64,000 bases of DNA, taken from assembly GCA_050011535.1 (NCBI GenBank), contig JBEKIX010000004.1:19995-83994 (forward strand). Reading direction: 5' to 3'. Position numbers and translations under genes: made by a program. Within the stretch, counting starts at the first letter, position 1. Each line of letters opens with the position of its first letter. This stretch comes from Acidobacteriota bacterium (GTDB lineage: Bacteria > Acidobacteriota > UBA6911). Shown in pieces: positions 49,898 to 61,760 of this stretch. The notes beneath the pieces are model-generated. The model made no database searches. It worked only from the letters and a program-made list of their open reading frames with translations, and was not told the origin of the DNA.

Positions 49898-50093
49898 TTT
49901 GCCAATCTCCTTTTGCTTTTTAGTCTCTCTCGGGTTATCAAACCCGATACCTATCTAGTAAGATCTGAGTGTCTGCTTGTCAAACATCATGCGTGCTAGC
50001 GTGTGTGGCCCCCGCATGAGTGGCTGTCGAGTTGTAGCTACGAGGATTTGGTGTCTTCGGGATATAGCCCAAACCAACCCAATGCTTTTAAGT

Positions 50094-50220
50094 AAATCGC
50101 AATTCGAAGAACTTGCCACAGATTACACAGATTTCACTGAATATCCTCTCCCACCATCCGGCTTTTTCACATTTAAATCCGTGTAATCTGTGAAATCTGT
50201 GGCAAGTCTTTGCGATCCGC
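50094..50220. repeat. Long imperfect inverted repeat (~40-bp arms, ~43-nt AT-rich spacer) about 80 nt upstream of ileS (coordinates approximate)
   Basis: Left arm aaatcgcaattcgaagaacttgccacagattacacagatttcac. Right arm gtgtaatctgtgaaatctgtggcaagtctttgcgatccgc. Each arm contains two 9-mers gtgWaatct. Confidence 0.6.
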
Positions 50221-50300
50221 TTTGCAGTCCGGTCAGTGGAAATGCAGAGCGAAGTGCCGGAATATTTTGCTATTATATAGGATTGCACCTTGTGAAGAAC

Positions 50301-53126
<2,826 letters not shown>

Positions 53127-53151
53127 ATTCCGCGGAGGTTTTACCTGATTG

Positions 53152-53670
53152 ATGGATGCGATGAGAGGCAAATTCATACTGCTCACTCTGATGGTCTTCC
53201 TTCTCGACCACCTGACGAAATACCTCGTCAGCGTGCGCATGGAATTGAGGGACAGCATCGAGCTCGTCCCCGGTTATCTACGCCTTTCCTATGTGCGCAA
53301 TTCAGGCGTGGCCTTCGGATTTTTCCAGGATCTGGATGCGGCCTGGAAACCCTACCTGTTGGGCGGGCTTGCGATCGTGGCCGTCGTCGTAATTGTGATT
53401 TACAGCTGGCGCATGCCGTCGGATCGATTTTTCCTTCAAGGCGCTCTCGCCCTTACGATGGGGGGCATTTTGGGGAACTTCACGGATCGGATCATGCACG
53501 GATCCGTAATCGACTTCATCGAACTGCATGTCAAGGATTCGTTCCACTGGCCGACCTTCAACATTGCCGACAGCGCCATCACGATTGGCATTGCGATGCT
53601 GCTAATCGATACCTTGCGAAATCCCGGTCAGGATGTTGGCCATGAGAATGTGGATTCGGTTCAGGAGTAG
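53152..53670 (+). CDS. lspA: Lipoprotein signal peptidase (signal peptidase II)
   Basis: 4-TM protein with conserved Asp-containing motifs (LLDHLTKY, FTDRIMHGSVIDFI, NIADSAI). Immediately downstream of ileS, as is widely conserved. Confidence 0.85.
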   Translation: MDAMRGKFILLTLMVFLLDHLTKYLVSVRMELRDSIELVPGYLRLSYVRNSGVAFGFFQDLDAAWKPYLLGGLAIVAVVVIVIYSWRMPSDRFFLQGALALTMGGILGNFTDRIMHGSVIDFIELHVKDSFHWPTFNIADSAITIGIAMLLIDTLRNPGQDVGHENVDSVQE

Positions 53671-54385
53671 CCCGGACATTTCGGCACCGCACGGATCGCA
53701 TGCGGGACGGGCCGTGCTCCGGCTCTTGCGGCTGGGGACGGGCTTGGCATTGGCTTTGGCGGCGTTCGTTCCGGCTTCCGTTTCATTGGCCGGCCCGGAC
53801 CTGGATGCCGTGGTCGCCGGGCTGCAGAAGCGTTATGCTCTGGTGGAAAGCATCGGCGCCGATTTCCGCCAGACCTATCGCGCGCCCGGAATCGAGCAGA
53901 CCGAGTCTGGCACCTTGATCATGAAGAAGCCGGGCTTCATGCGTTGGGAATATCGGGCGCCCGAGGTCAAGCTTTTTATCGCCGACGGCCGGGAGACGTA
54001 TCTGTACACTCCGGAAGACCGGCAAGTGCTGATCCGGCGTTTCAGCGCCGCCGAACTGCATAGCACGCCACTTCAGTTCCTGCTGGGCCAGGGCGACATC
54101 CGGCGGAGCTTCGAGGTCGCATGGGAGCGGGATCCGGGACCGGATGCGGACGGCGCCTTCGTTCTTCGGTTTACGCCGCGCGCGCCCGAAGCCGATTATG
54201 CTTATGTGGTGATCGAATGTGATGCTCGCAGCTTCGACATGCGCCGCATCGTGATCCGGGAGCGCACGGGGAACACTTCGGATTTTGCGCTCAGCAACCT
54301 GAAGACCAACATGAAAGTGGATAGCAAACAGTTTCAGTTCAAGTTGCCGAAAGGTGTGGAGGTTGTGCGCCTGGATGAAAAGTGA
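53642..54385 (+). CDS. lolA: LolA-family outer-membrane lipoprotein carrier protein
   Basis: Signal peptide. LolA-like motif region: LQKRYALVESIGADFRQTY...ESGTLIMKKPGFMRWEY..PEV..FIADGRETYLYTPEDRQV. Confidence 0.7.
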   Translation: MRMWIRFRSSPDISAPHGSHAGRAVLRLLRLGTGLALALAAFVPASVSLAGPDLDAVVAGLQKRYALVESIGADFRQTYRAPGIEQTESGTLIMKKPGFMRWEYRAPEVKLFIADGRETYLYTPEDRQVLIRRFSAAELHSTPLQFLLGQGDIRRSFEVAWERDPGPDADGAFVLRFTPRAPEADYAYVVIECDARSFDMRRIVIRERTGNTSDFALSNLKTNMKVDSKQFQFKLPKGVEVVRLDEK

Positions 54386-55229
54386 TGGCGGAAAGTCAGC
54401 GGATCTGGAAACGCGCATCAGCAACAGCAGGCTGGATGAGTATGCTTTGGCGGGCACGCAGGTGGCGCGCGAGGCAGGGAGGTTCCTCAAAGAGCATCTC
54501 CACGATCGATTTGCGGTTTCCCGAAAAGGCGAGATCGATTTGGTGACGGAATTCGATCTTGCGGCGGAGAACCTGATCGTTACACGCCTCGCTTCCGCCT
54601 TTCCTGAGTCCACGGTGCTTTCGGAAGAGACCCACACCGAAGCGGCCCGCGGCGCGGTGACATGGATTATAGATCCCCTGGACGGCACCACGAATTTTGC
54701 TCATGGCTTGCCGATTTTCTCGGTCTCGATCGGGCTCGAAATCGACGGGGCTCTCGAGTGGGGAATCGTTTACAACCCGAATCTGGAGGAGGCGTTTGTC
54801 GCGCGCCGGGGCGGCGGGGCGTTTCTCAATGGCGACCCCATCAAGGTATCGGAAACAAAGTCTCTGGGATCAAGCCTGCTGGCAACCGGGTTCCCCTACG
54901 ACATTCGGACCAGCGCAAAAAACAATCTGAATTACTTCCGGGTATTCGCGCTGCGAGCCCAGGGCATCAGGCGTGGAGGTTCCGCGGCTCTGGACCTGTG
55001 CTACGTGGCGGCCGGGCGCTTCGACGGGTTCTGGGAGATGAAGTTGCATCCTTGGGACTGCGCCGCCGGGTACCTGATGGTGCGCGAAGCCGGCGGCCTG
55101 GTGACCAACTGGCGTGGGGAATTCGGATCGATCTACGAGAGAGAATGCCTGGCAAGCAACGCACAGATCCACGAACAGATGATGGCGATCTTGCGCGAAA
55201 CCTCGGCGCCGGATCGGGGAACCGCGTGA
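54375..55229 (+). CDS. suhB: Inositol monophosphatase family protein (SuhB-like)
   Basis: IMPase motifs: DPLDGTTNF, WDCAAG and the C-terminal GG region. Confidence 0.85.
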   Translation: MKSDGGKSADLETRISNSRLDEYALAGTQVAREAGRFLKEHLHDRFAVSRKGEIDLVTEFDLAAENLIVTRLASAFPESTVLSEETHTEAARGAVTWIIDPLDGTTNFAHGLPIFSVSIGLEIDGALEWGIVYNPNLEEAFVARRGGGAFLNGDPIKVSETKSLGSSLLATGFPYDIRTSAKNNLNYFRVFALRAQGIRRGGSAALDLCYVAAGRFDGFWEMKLHPWDCAAGYLMVREAGGLVTNWRGEFGSIYERECLASNAQIHEQMMAILRETSAPDRGTA

Positions 55230-55274
55230 GAGTCGCTGTCTGGAGCGCCCTGGAGGCGCGAGAAGGAGCGAAGC

Positions 55275-55730
55275 GTGAGACTGCGAGATAAGATCAACGC
55301 GGATCTGACCGCTGCGATGAAAGCGAAGGACAATCTGCGCCTAAGCGTCCTGCGCATGGTGAAGACCGCGATCAGAAACAAGGAAATCGACTTGCGCACG
55401 GAGTTGGAAGATGGCCCGGCGTTTCAGGTGCTCTCTACGCTCATCAAACAGCGTAAAGATTCTATCGAGCAATTCACCGGCGGAGGCCGCATCGATCTTG
55501 CCGAAAAGGAAGCCGCTGAAATCAAGATCATCGAGGAGTATCTCCCCGCAGGCGTGTCCGTAGAAGAAATCGAAAAAACCGTCGACGATGTAGTACGCGA
55601 GACGGGAGCCTCATCCGCCAGGGACTTGGGCACGGTGATGAAGCACTGCATGGCTCGATTCGCAGGCAAGGTCGTCGACGGGAAACTCGTAAACGCCGCC
55701 GTACGCCGCCGTCTTGAGCCAAAGGTGTGA
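55275..55730 (+). CDS. GatB/YqeY domain protein
   Basis: MRLRDKINADLTAAMKAKDNLRLSVLRMVKTAIRNKEID is the YqeY N-terminal signature. Confidence 0.85.
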   Translation: MRLRDKINADLTAAMKAKDNLRLSVLRMVKTAIRNKEIDLRTELEDGPAFQVLSTLIKQRKDSIEQFTGGGRIDLAEKEAAEIKIIEEYLPAGVSVEEIEKTVDDVVRETGASSARDLGTVMKHCMARFAGKVVDGKLVNAAVRRRLEPKV

Positions 55731-55779
55731 CGCCGGCCCTGGATTTCATCGGACACTGATGAAAAATAGCTCCATAAAT

Positions 55780-57603
55780 ATGTCCGAAACCCGGTCCATC
55801 TCATTTGATGCGAAACTCGACAATCTGCCTGCTTCGCCGGGTGTCTATCTCTTCAAAGACGCCGGGGGCACGATCATTTATGTCGGGAAAGCGTTGTCTC
55901 TTCGGAACCGGGTGCGCTCCTATTTCCAGGAGAGCCGTGCGACCGATCCCAAGACCGACCACCTGGTAGCCGAGGTTGCCGACCTGGAGACCATCCTGGT
56001 CGACAGTGAAGTGGAAGCCCTGATTCTCGAATCGACGCTGGTCAAGCGAAACCAACCGCGCTATAACGTCAACCTGAAGGATGACAAGAGCTTCCCCTAC
56101 CTCAAACTCACGGTCAACGAGCCGTTCCCGCGCATTTTCGTCACGCGCCGCATCAGGCAGGATGGAGCGCTGTATTACGGTCCCTATCTGCCGGCGAGCT
56201 ATGCTCGTCAGACCATCCGCTTGATCAACAGGTATTTCAAGCTGCGCACCTGCAATCTGCCGATCGACGGGACCATGTCCCGGCCTTGCCTGGATTACCA
56301 GATGAAGCGCTGCCTCGGCCCTTGCGTAACGGGGCTGTGCTCCAGGGAAGACTATTTGCGGGCGGTGGAGGACGTGAAGCTTCTGCTCTCAGGCCGGACG
56401 GACAGCCTGATTCGCGAGCTGGAGCGGCGCATGGAACAGGCTGCTGAAGATCTCCGCTACGAAGCCGCCGCCATGTATCGCGATTGGATCGCGATGGTGC
56501 GTGACACATCGGAGCGGCAGAAGATGATTCTCGAAGGCGAGGATGATACTGACCTGTTCGGCTACCACCAGGAGGGCGCCCAACTTGCCATGGCGGTCTT
56601 TGCCGTGCGCGGAGGGAGGATTGTCGGCAGGCGGGAGTTTTACTGGGAAGATCTGTTGTCCTTTGATCCGGGCGATTTTTTCTCCTCCGCCCTCGAGCAG
56701 TACTATCTGCAGGACACTTTTACTCCCGTGGAAATTCTGATTCCGGCCGATATCGAAGATGCCGGGGCCTTGGAAACCTGGCTCTCCGAGCGCAAGGGCC
56801 GCAGGGTTCACATACGCTCGCCGCGGCGCGGGCTTAAAGCGGGTCTGTTGGATCTGGTGACGCGCAACGCACAAATGGCCTTTGAAACTCGGTTCCGCAT
56901 TGTAAAGCCACGGGGTGAGGAACTCCTTCGACCTCTTCGGGAAGTGCTCGGCCTTGGGACGTTGCCGCGCCGGATCGAAGCGTTCGACATCTCCCACACG
57001 CAGGGCGCCGCCACGGTGGCCAGCATGGTCGTGTGCGAAAACGGGGACATGAAAAGGAAGGACTATCGTAAGTTCAAGATCGAGGATGTCAAAGGGCCGG
57101 ACGATTTCGCTTCCATGCGCGAGGTCGTACACCGGCACTACGAAGATGTTCTTCAGGGAGACGGCCAGCCGATGCCGGACCTGATCCTCATCGACGGCGG
57201 CAAGGGCCAACTCTCCGCTGCCGCAGAGGCGCTCTCCGATCTGGGGATGGAAGATCAGGCGGTTGCAGCGATCGCGAAACGAGAAGAGATCCTGTTCATG
57301 CACGGACAGATCGAACCCATCGTTCTGCCCCGGGAGTCTCCAGTTCTGCACCTGATTCAGATGCTCCGGGACGAGGCCCACCGATTCGCGGTAAGCTATC
57401 ACAGGAAACGGCTTGAAATGCGCGATCACTCGTCTGAACTCGACGCCGTGCCGGGAATCGGCGAGGTACGCAAGAAAGTGTTGTTGCGCGCCTTCGGAAG
57501 CCTGGAGCGGGTTCGGAATGCGAAGTTTGAGGAGCTGGCACCTTACGTCGGGCCCAAGGCGGCCGCCAAACTTGTCGAGTACTTTGCGAAAAGCCTGGAA
57601 TAA
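55780..57603 (+). CDS. uvrC: Excinuclease ABC subunit C
   Basis: N-terminal GIY-YIG (PGVYLFKDAGGTIIYVGKA), the UvrBC-interacting region, an RNase H-like endonuclease domain and the C-terminal helix-hairpin-helix motifs. Start set at M23 of the ORF. Confidence 0.9.
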   Translation: MSETRSISFDAKLDNLPASPGVYLFKDAGGTIIYVGKALSLRNRVRSYFQESRATDPKTDHLVAEVADLETILVDSEVEALILESTLVKRNQPRYNVNLKDDKSFPYLKLTVNEPFPRIFVTRRIRQDGALYYGPYLPASYARQTIRLINRYFKLRTCNLPIDGTMSRPCLDYQMKRCLGPCVTGLCSREDYLRAVEDVKLLLSGRTDSLIRELERRMEQAAEDLRYEAAAMYRDWIAMVRDTSERQKMILEGEDDTDLFGYHQEGAQLAMAVFAVRGGRIVGRREFYWEDLLSFDPGDFFSSALEQYYLQDTFTPVEILIPADIEDAGALETWLSERKGRRVHIRSPRRGLKAGLLDLVTRNAQMAFETRFRIVKPRGEELLRPLREVLGLGTLPRRIEAFDISHTQGAATVASMVVCENGDMKRKDYRKFKIEDVKGPDDFASMREVVHRHYEDVLQGDGQPMPDLILIDGGKGQLSAAAEALSDLGMEDQAVAAIAKREEILFMHGQIEPIVLPRESPVLHLIQMLRDEAHRFAVSYHRKRLEMRDHSSELDAVPGIGEVRKKVLLRAFGSLERVRNAKFEELAPYVGPKAAAKLVEYFAKSLE

Positions 57604-57611
57604 GCCCGGAT

Positions 57612-57676
57612 TACGAATTCGAGATTCGAGATTCAAGATTCTCAATCTCGAATTTCGAATCTCGAATTTCGAATCA
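57612..57676. terminator. Imperfect palindrome built from tandem heptamers (cgaRatt x4 / tcgaatY x4) between convergent uvrC and the nucleotidyltransferase gene; putative bidirectional terminator (coordinates approximate)
   Basis: Sequence acgaattcgagattcgagattcaagattctcaatctcgaatttcgaatctcgaatttcgaatc, read directly. Confidence 0.4.
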
Positions 57677-57682
57677 TTGGGG

Positions 57683-58798
57683 CTAAAGGACGCTGTAGTC
57701 GGTGATGATGGCCTTGTCGCCCAGCACGGTTCCGGGACGCACCCTGGCTCCCTCACCAATGTGGCACTGGCGTCCGAGGATGGCACCTTCGATGCGCGCA
57801 TGCGCCCTGATGCGGTTCTGGCTCCAGATCACGGAATCCTTGATCAAGGCTCCTTCTTCGATTCGACAGTCCTCTCCGAGCACTGAATTCTCGATGACCA
57901 CGCCCGGTTTGATCACGCAACCCCCGTCGAGAATCGAGTAGGAGTCGATCTGCACCTGGCGTTTCTCCCAATCGTTCGGCGGGCAGGATTTCAGAGGGTA
58001 ACCGGGGAGCTTTACACGCCCCGAAATAATGCCGTAGTGCGCTTCCAGGTATTTTTGAGGGCTGCCGATATCCTGCCAGTAAGCGCGCGTCAAGTAAGTA
58101 TAGATCCGGGCGCCTTCCGCCAGCATTGACGGAAAAATCTCGCGCTCGAAACTCTGGGATCCTTCCTTGGGGATCCGGTCGAGCACCGAGCGCTCCAATA
58201 TGTAGATGCCCGCGTTGATCGTGTCTCCGGTAATTTCGTCTTCGGGAGGCTTTTCGAGGAACCTCATCACCCGACCGTCGCCGTCGGCCTCCACCATGCC
58301 GTATCCGCTTGGGTTCATCACACGCGCCGTCACGATGGTAGCGTCCGCCTTGTGCTCCTGATGGAACTGGATGACTTCGCGAAGATCGGTATCCGTGAGG
58401 ATATCTCCGTTGAGTACGAGGGTCGTATCGTCAATCAGGTTTTCGGCGGCCTTGAACGCGCCCGCAGTCCCGCGAGGGAAGTCCTCGTAGGTGTAGCGCA
58501 TGGTTACGCCGAATTTCATGCCATCCCCAAAGATGTCGGTGATCTTCCGCGGCTGATAGGAGAGGCCCAGTATGATCTCGGTAAGGCCGGCGCGCTTGAT
58601 GTCATCGATCTGGAAGAACAGAAACGGGATGTTCGCCAGCGGAACGATCGGCTTGGGGATGTGCAACGCCAGAGGCCGGAGATGAGCCCCTTTCCCGCCC
58701 GCGAGAATGAATGCCTTGATCAACTCCGAATTTCCTCCATCGAATGAGAATTGTACCACACTCTTTCGGAGCGCGGTTAGAATCCGGACCCGCTTCAT
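57683..58798 (-). CDS. NDP-sugar pyrophosphorylase (nucleotidyltransferase domain plus C-terminal left-handed beta-helix), GlgC/GCD1/mannose-1-P guanylyltransferase-like
   Basis: LAGGKGAHLRPL (G-x-G-T/K-R-L nucleotide-binding loop) and C-terminal hexapeptide repeats. The true start may be a non-ATG codon just upstream of KAFILAGG. Confidence 0.7.
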   Translation of the reverse strand: MKRVRILTALRKSVVQFSFDGGNSELIKAFILAGGKGAHLRPLALHIPKPIVPLANIPFLFFQIDDIKRAGLTEIILGLSYQPRKITDIFGDGMKFGVTMRYTYEDFPRGTAGAFKAAENLIDDTTLVLNGDILTDTDLREVIQFHQEHKADATIVTARVMNPSGYGMVEADGDGRVMRFLEKPPEDEITGDTINAGIYILERSVLDRIPKEGSQSFEREIFPSMLAEGARIYTYLTRAYWQDIGSPQKYLEAHYGIISGRVKLPGYPLKSCPPNDWEKRQVQIDSYSILDGGCVIKPGVVIENSVLGEDCRIEEGALIKDSVIWSQNRIRAHARIEGAILGRQCHIGEGARVRPGTVLGDKAIITDYSVL

Positions 58799-58812
58799 GG
58801 TATATGTAGGAC

Positions 58813-59946
58813 ATGCAGCTAAGAGGATTTCAGTTGTTCCGGCTTGCCGGAATTCAAGTCATCATTGATTACTCGTGGTTCATCATATTCCTGCTGGTTG
58901 TTTACAGCATGGCGGAGGGTTATTTCCCGGCGGTGCAGCAGCAGTTTACGGGTGTCCAGTACTGGACCATGGGGGTAGCAGCCGCCACCTTGTTTTTTCT
59001 CTCAGTTCTGCTTCATGAGCTGGCTCATTCTTTTGTCGCGATGCACTATGGGATCCGGATCACGATAATTCGCTTGTTTCTATTCGGAGGACTGTCGCAG
59101 GCCGTATCCGAACCGGATTCGGGGCGTCATGAGTTCCTGATTGCTCTGGCAGGACCGGCCATGAGCATGACGCTCGGCTTTGCCTTCGGCACCCTCTACG
59201 GCTTGATGTTTTTCGCAGGCAGACTCGGTCCCGTCGCCGCAATCGCCTGGTATCTTGCGGGAGCAAACGTTCTTCTGGCGTTGTTCAACTTAATTCCCGG
59301 GTTCCCTCTGGACGGAGGCCGGATTCTCCGTGCGATCCTCTGGGATAAGTGGGGTGATTTGACACGCGCCACCCGCGTCGTCAGTCAGACTGGCAATTCC
59401 TTCTCCTTGTTTTTCATCATCCTCGGGGTGCTGATGTTTCTACTTGCACAGAGCCTCCTCCCCGGACTCTGGCTTGTGTTTCTGGGGCTGTTCATGAAAC
59501 AGGCTGCCCTCGGAAGCTATCAAGCGGTTGTCATCCGCGAATCGCTGGCCGGAGTGCAGGTTCGACAAGTGATGAAGGAGAACGTTGTATCCGTAGATTG
59601 GCTCGCCTCGATCGACGAGCTGGTTCGGGATTATATCTATAAGCATCAATTCACAAACTTCCCGGTGTTTAATCGCGAAGAATTGATCGGGATGGTGTCT
59701 CTGGTCCAGGTCAAGGCGGTGCCGAAGGAGTTGTGGATGTTTAAGCAGGTCCGCGATATCATGACACCGATCGAACAGGTTGCCTGCCTCAACCCTGCGG
59801 ATGACGCAACCGAGGCGTTCAAGCGGATGGTGTCGGAAGATCTGGGGCGCATGCCTGTGATTGAGGAAGGCAGGCTGGTGGGAATCGTATCGCGCCAGGA
59901 TCTCCTGGACCTGTTCAAGATCAAATCGGATTTGGGCATTTCCTGA
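58813..59946 (+). CDS. Site-2 protease family (M50) membrane metalloprotease with C-terminal CBS pair
   Basis: HELAHSF (HExxH) in a TM helix, an LDGG motif (PLDGGRIL), then two CBS domains. Confidence 0.8.
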   Translation: MQLRGFQLFRLAGIQVIIDYSWFIIFLLVVYSMAEGYFPAVQQQFTGVQYWTMGVAAATLFFLSVLLHELAHSFVAMHYGIRITIIRLFLFGGLSQAVSEPDSGRHEFLIALAGPAMSMTLGFAFGTLYGLMFFAGRLGPVAAIAWYLAGANVLLALFNLIPGFPLDGGRILRAILWDKWGDLTRATRVVSQTGNSFSLFFIILGVLMFLLAQSLLPGLWLVFLGLFMKQAALGSYQAVVIRESLAGVQVRQVMKENVVSVDWLASIDELVRDYIYKHQFTNFPVFNREELIGMVSLVQVKAVPKELWMFKQVRDIMTPIEQVACLNPADDATEAFKRMVSEDLGRMPVIEEGRLVGIVSRQDLLDLFKIKSDLGIS

Positions 59947-59973
59947 TCGTTTTCTGATTCGACGGGAGGGTTT

Positions 59974-60831
59974 ATGCTCGCCTCCATCCTGCTGCCGCTG
60001 GCTGACGGCCCCGACTGGGAGCACGCCGAAGAGTACGCCTTATGGCTGGCCCAGAAAGGCGGCCACATTCAGGCGCTAGGGGTTATCGACATCAAGGCAT
60101 TCGAGATCCCCGTGCTTGGCACCGCCGACGGGTTCATGCCGCCGGTGGTATCGCCTCCCATTGAAGAAAGCCAGGTTCTTCTGGATGACCTCGCGAAGCT
60201 TGCCAAGGAACGCCTCGACCGGTTTGGGCGGGCCTGCGAAGCCAGAGGGCTCTCCGTCTCGACCGAGATCAGGACCGGCATCCCCGGAGACGTAATCGTG
60301 CGGGAATCGGTCGCGCACGACATCGTGGTCATGTCGCGCTCCGGGTATGCGCGGGTAGTAAAGAATGGCAACTGGTCGTTGGACCCGCTGGTATCCTGCG
60401 TGATCCGCGGCTCGATCCGGCCGGTTCTGGTAGCCGGCGGCAAATTCCCATCCGCAGGGGCGATCAAGCGCCTTGTGGCCGCGTATGACGGAAGCGTCCA
60501 CGCTTCACGCGCCCTCAGCATTGCCGCGGAACTGAGTGCCGGCTACGAGGTCCAATGCATCCTGGTCACGGTTGCCCCAACAGAGGAGGCGGGCGTGGAA
60601 GTCCTGTCTCCCGCTGAGGCATTTCTGTACCACCGCGGGGTGACGCCCAGCAGGAAAGTAGTCATCGGCTCCAAGGTCTCGGAATCGCTGTGCGACATCG
60701 TCGCCACGGAAGGCGCGGACATATTGGTCATGGGAGCCTATGGTCACAGCCCTATCCGGGAAATGTTTTTCGGCTGTACGACGGAGCGCATTCTCTCCCA
60801 CTGTGATGCGACGGTGATTTTGCAGTCTTAA
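59974..60831 (+). CDS. Universal stress protein (tandem UspA domains)
   Basis: Two Usp domains, each ending with the ATP-binding G-x2-G-x9-G-S motif region (VMSRSGY... and VMGAYGHSPIREMFFGCTTERI). Confidence 0.8.
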   Translation: MLASILLPLADGPDWEHAEEYALWLAQKGGHIQALGVIDIKAFEIPVLGTADGFMPPVVSPPIEESQVLLDDLAKLAKERLDRFGRACEARGLSVSTEIRTGIPGDVIVRESVAHDIVVMSRSGYARVVKNGNWSLDPLVSCVIRGSIRPVLVAGGKFPSAGAIKRLVAAYDGSVHASRALSIAAELSAGYEVQCILVTVAPTEEAGVEVLSPAEAFLYHRGVTPSRKVVIGSKVSESLCDIVATEGADILVMGAYGHSPIREMFFGCTTERILSHCDATVILQS

Positions 60832-60932
60832 AGCTCCCGGGCGCGCTTTTGAGGATTTTGTTGCGGATTTTGGAACTATCCTGGAATTAAACTCAAACTC
60901 CGCACTGCAAAATGCCGATTCAGCACGTTTTA

Positions 60933-60963
60933 TTGCTTCAATCGCCCTTTTCTCTGATAAAAT
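60933..60963 (+). promoter_or_regulatory. Candidate promoter TTGCTT-N17-GATAAAAT in the AT-rich leader of pgsA (coordinates approximate)
   Basis: Read directly; about 35 nt upstream of the pgsA ATG. Confidence 0.3.
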
Positions 60964-60993
60964 CTGGGCTATAAAGACAGCGATTAATCAAAT

Positions 60994-61707
60994 ATGAATC
61001 TCCCGAACAGTTTGACTCTGGCGCGCATTTTCTTAGTGCCCATCGTCGTTGTGGTCTTGTTGACGACGCCCAGTCAGCCGGATCGGATTCATACGTGGGC
61101 CATTTGGGGCATTTCGCTGTTTTTGGGCGCCGCGCTTACGGATCTTCTCGATGGATATTTCGCGCGGCGGCGAAAGCAGGTGACGACACTCGGGCGGCTC
61201 CTCGATCCTGTAGCGGACAAGCTCTTGATTTCCTCGGCGCTCGTTTCTCTGGTGCAACTCCAGCTCGCTCCCGCATGGATGGTTGCCATCATCATCGGGC
61301 GGGAGTTTGCCGTGAGTGGACTGCGCAGCATCGCAGCATCCGAAGGTTTCACGATTGATGTATCGACTTTGGGCAAGGGAAAGATGGTGCTCCAGGTGGC
61401 GGCTGTGGTTGGGCTCATTCTGGGACATGCCCATCCGGGATGGATCATGCAGACCGCGAACCTCCTGCTCGGAGCCGTGATGCTCCTGGCGCTCCTTTCG
61501 ATGGTCGAGTATTTCGTAGAGTTCTGGTCCAAGTTGGATACCAGCATTAAACATCGCGAACACCGGCGTCTGCGCATCCTCCAACGGAAACGCCAGATCA
61601 TGGCCGAGCGGCGGGAGCTCCGCCGCCTGAGGCGGCTCGAACGCCTGAGGAACGCCAAGCTGGAGGTCGATCCTCCGTCCGTTGACGGCGTGCGCAATTC
61701 AGGATGA
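60994..61707 (+). CDS. pgsA: CDP-diacylglycerol--glycerol-3-phosphate 3-phosphatidyltransferase with an unusual Arg-rich C-terminal tail
   Basis: CDP-alcohol phosphatidyltransferase motif DLLDGYFARRRKQVTTLGRLLDPVADK. About 45 extra C-terminal residues rich in R/L/E (HREHRRLRILQRKRQIMAERRELRRLRRLERLRNAKLE). Confidence 0.85.
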   Translation: MNLPNSLTLARIFLVPIVVVVLLTTPSQPDRIHTWAIWGISLFLGAALTDLLDGYFARRRKQVTTLGRLLDPVADKLLISSALVSLVQLQLAPAWMVAIIIGREFAVSGLRSIAASEGFTIDVSTLGKGKMVLQVAAVVGLILGHAHPGWIMQTANLLLGAVMLLALLSMVEYFVEFWSKLDTSIKHREHRRLRILQRKRQIMAERRELRRLRRLERLRNAKLEVDPPSVDGVRNSG

Positions 61708-61760
61708 TGTACTTACCCGTGCCTCGAAGGTTGCGTTCAAGGCGCGATCCACCTGCAATC

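Noticed and set aside
57612-57676. Possible CRISPR-like short tandem repeat
   Set aside because: The units are 7 bp with no spacers. It is far too short for CRISPR and better explained as a palindromic terminator or REP-like element.
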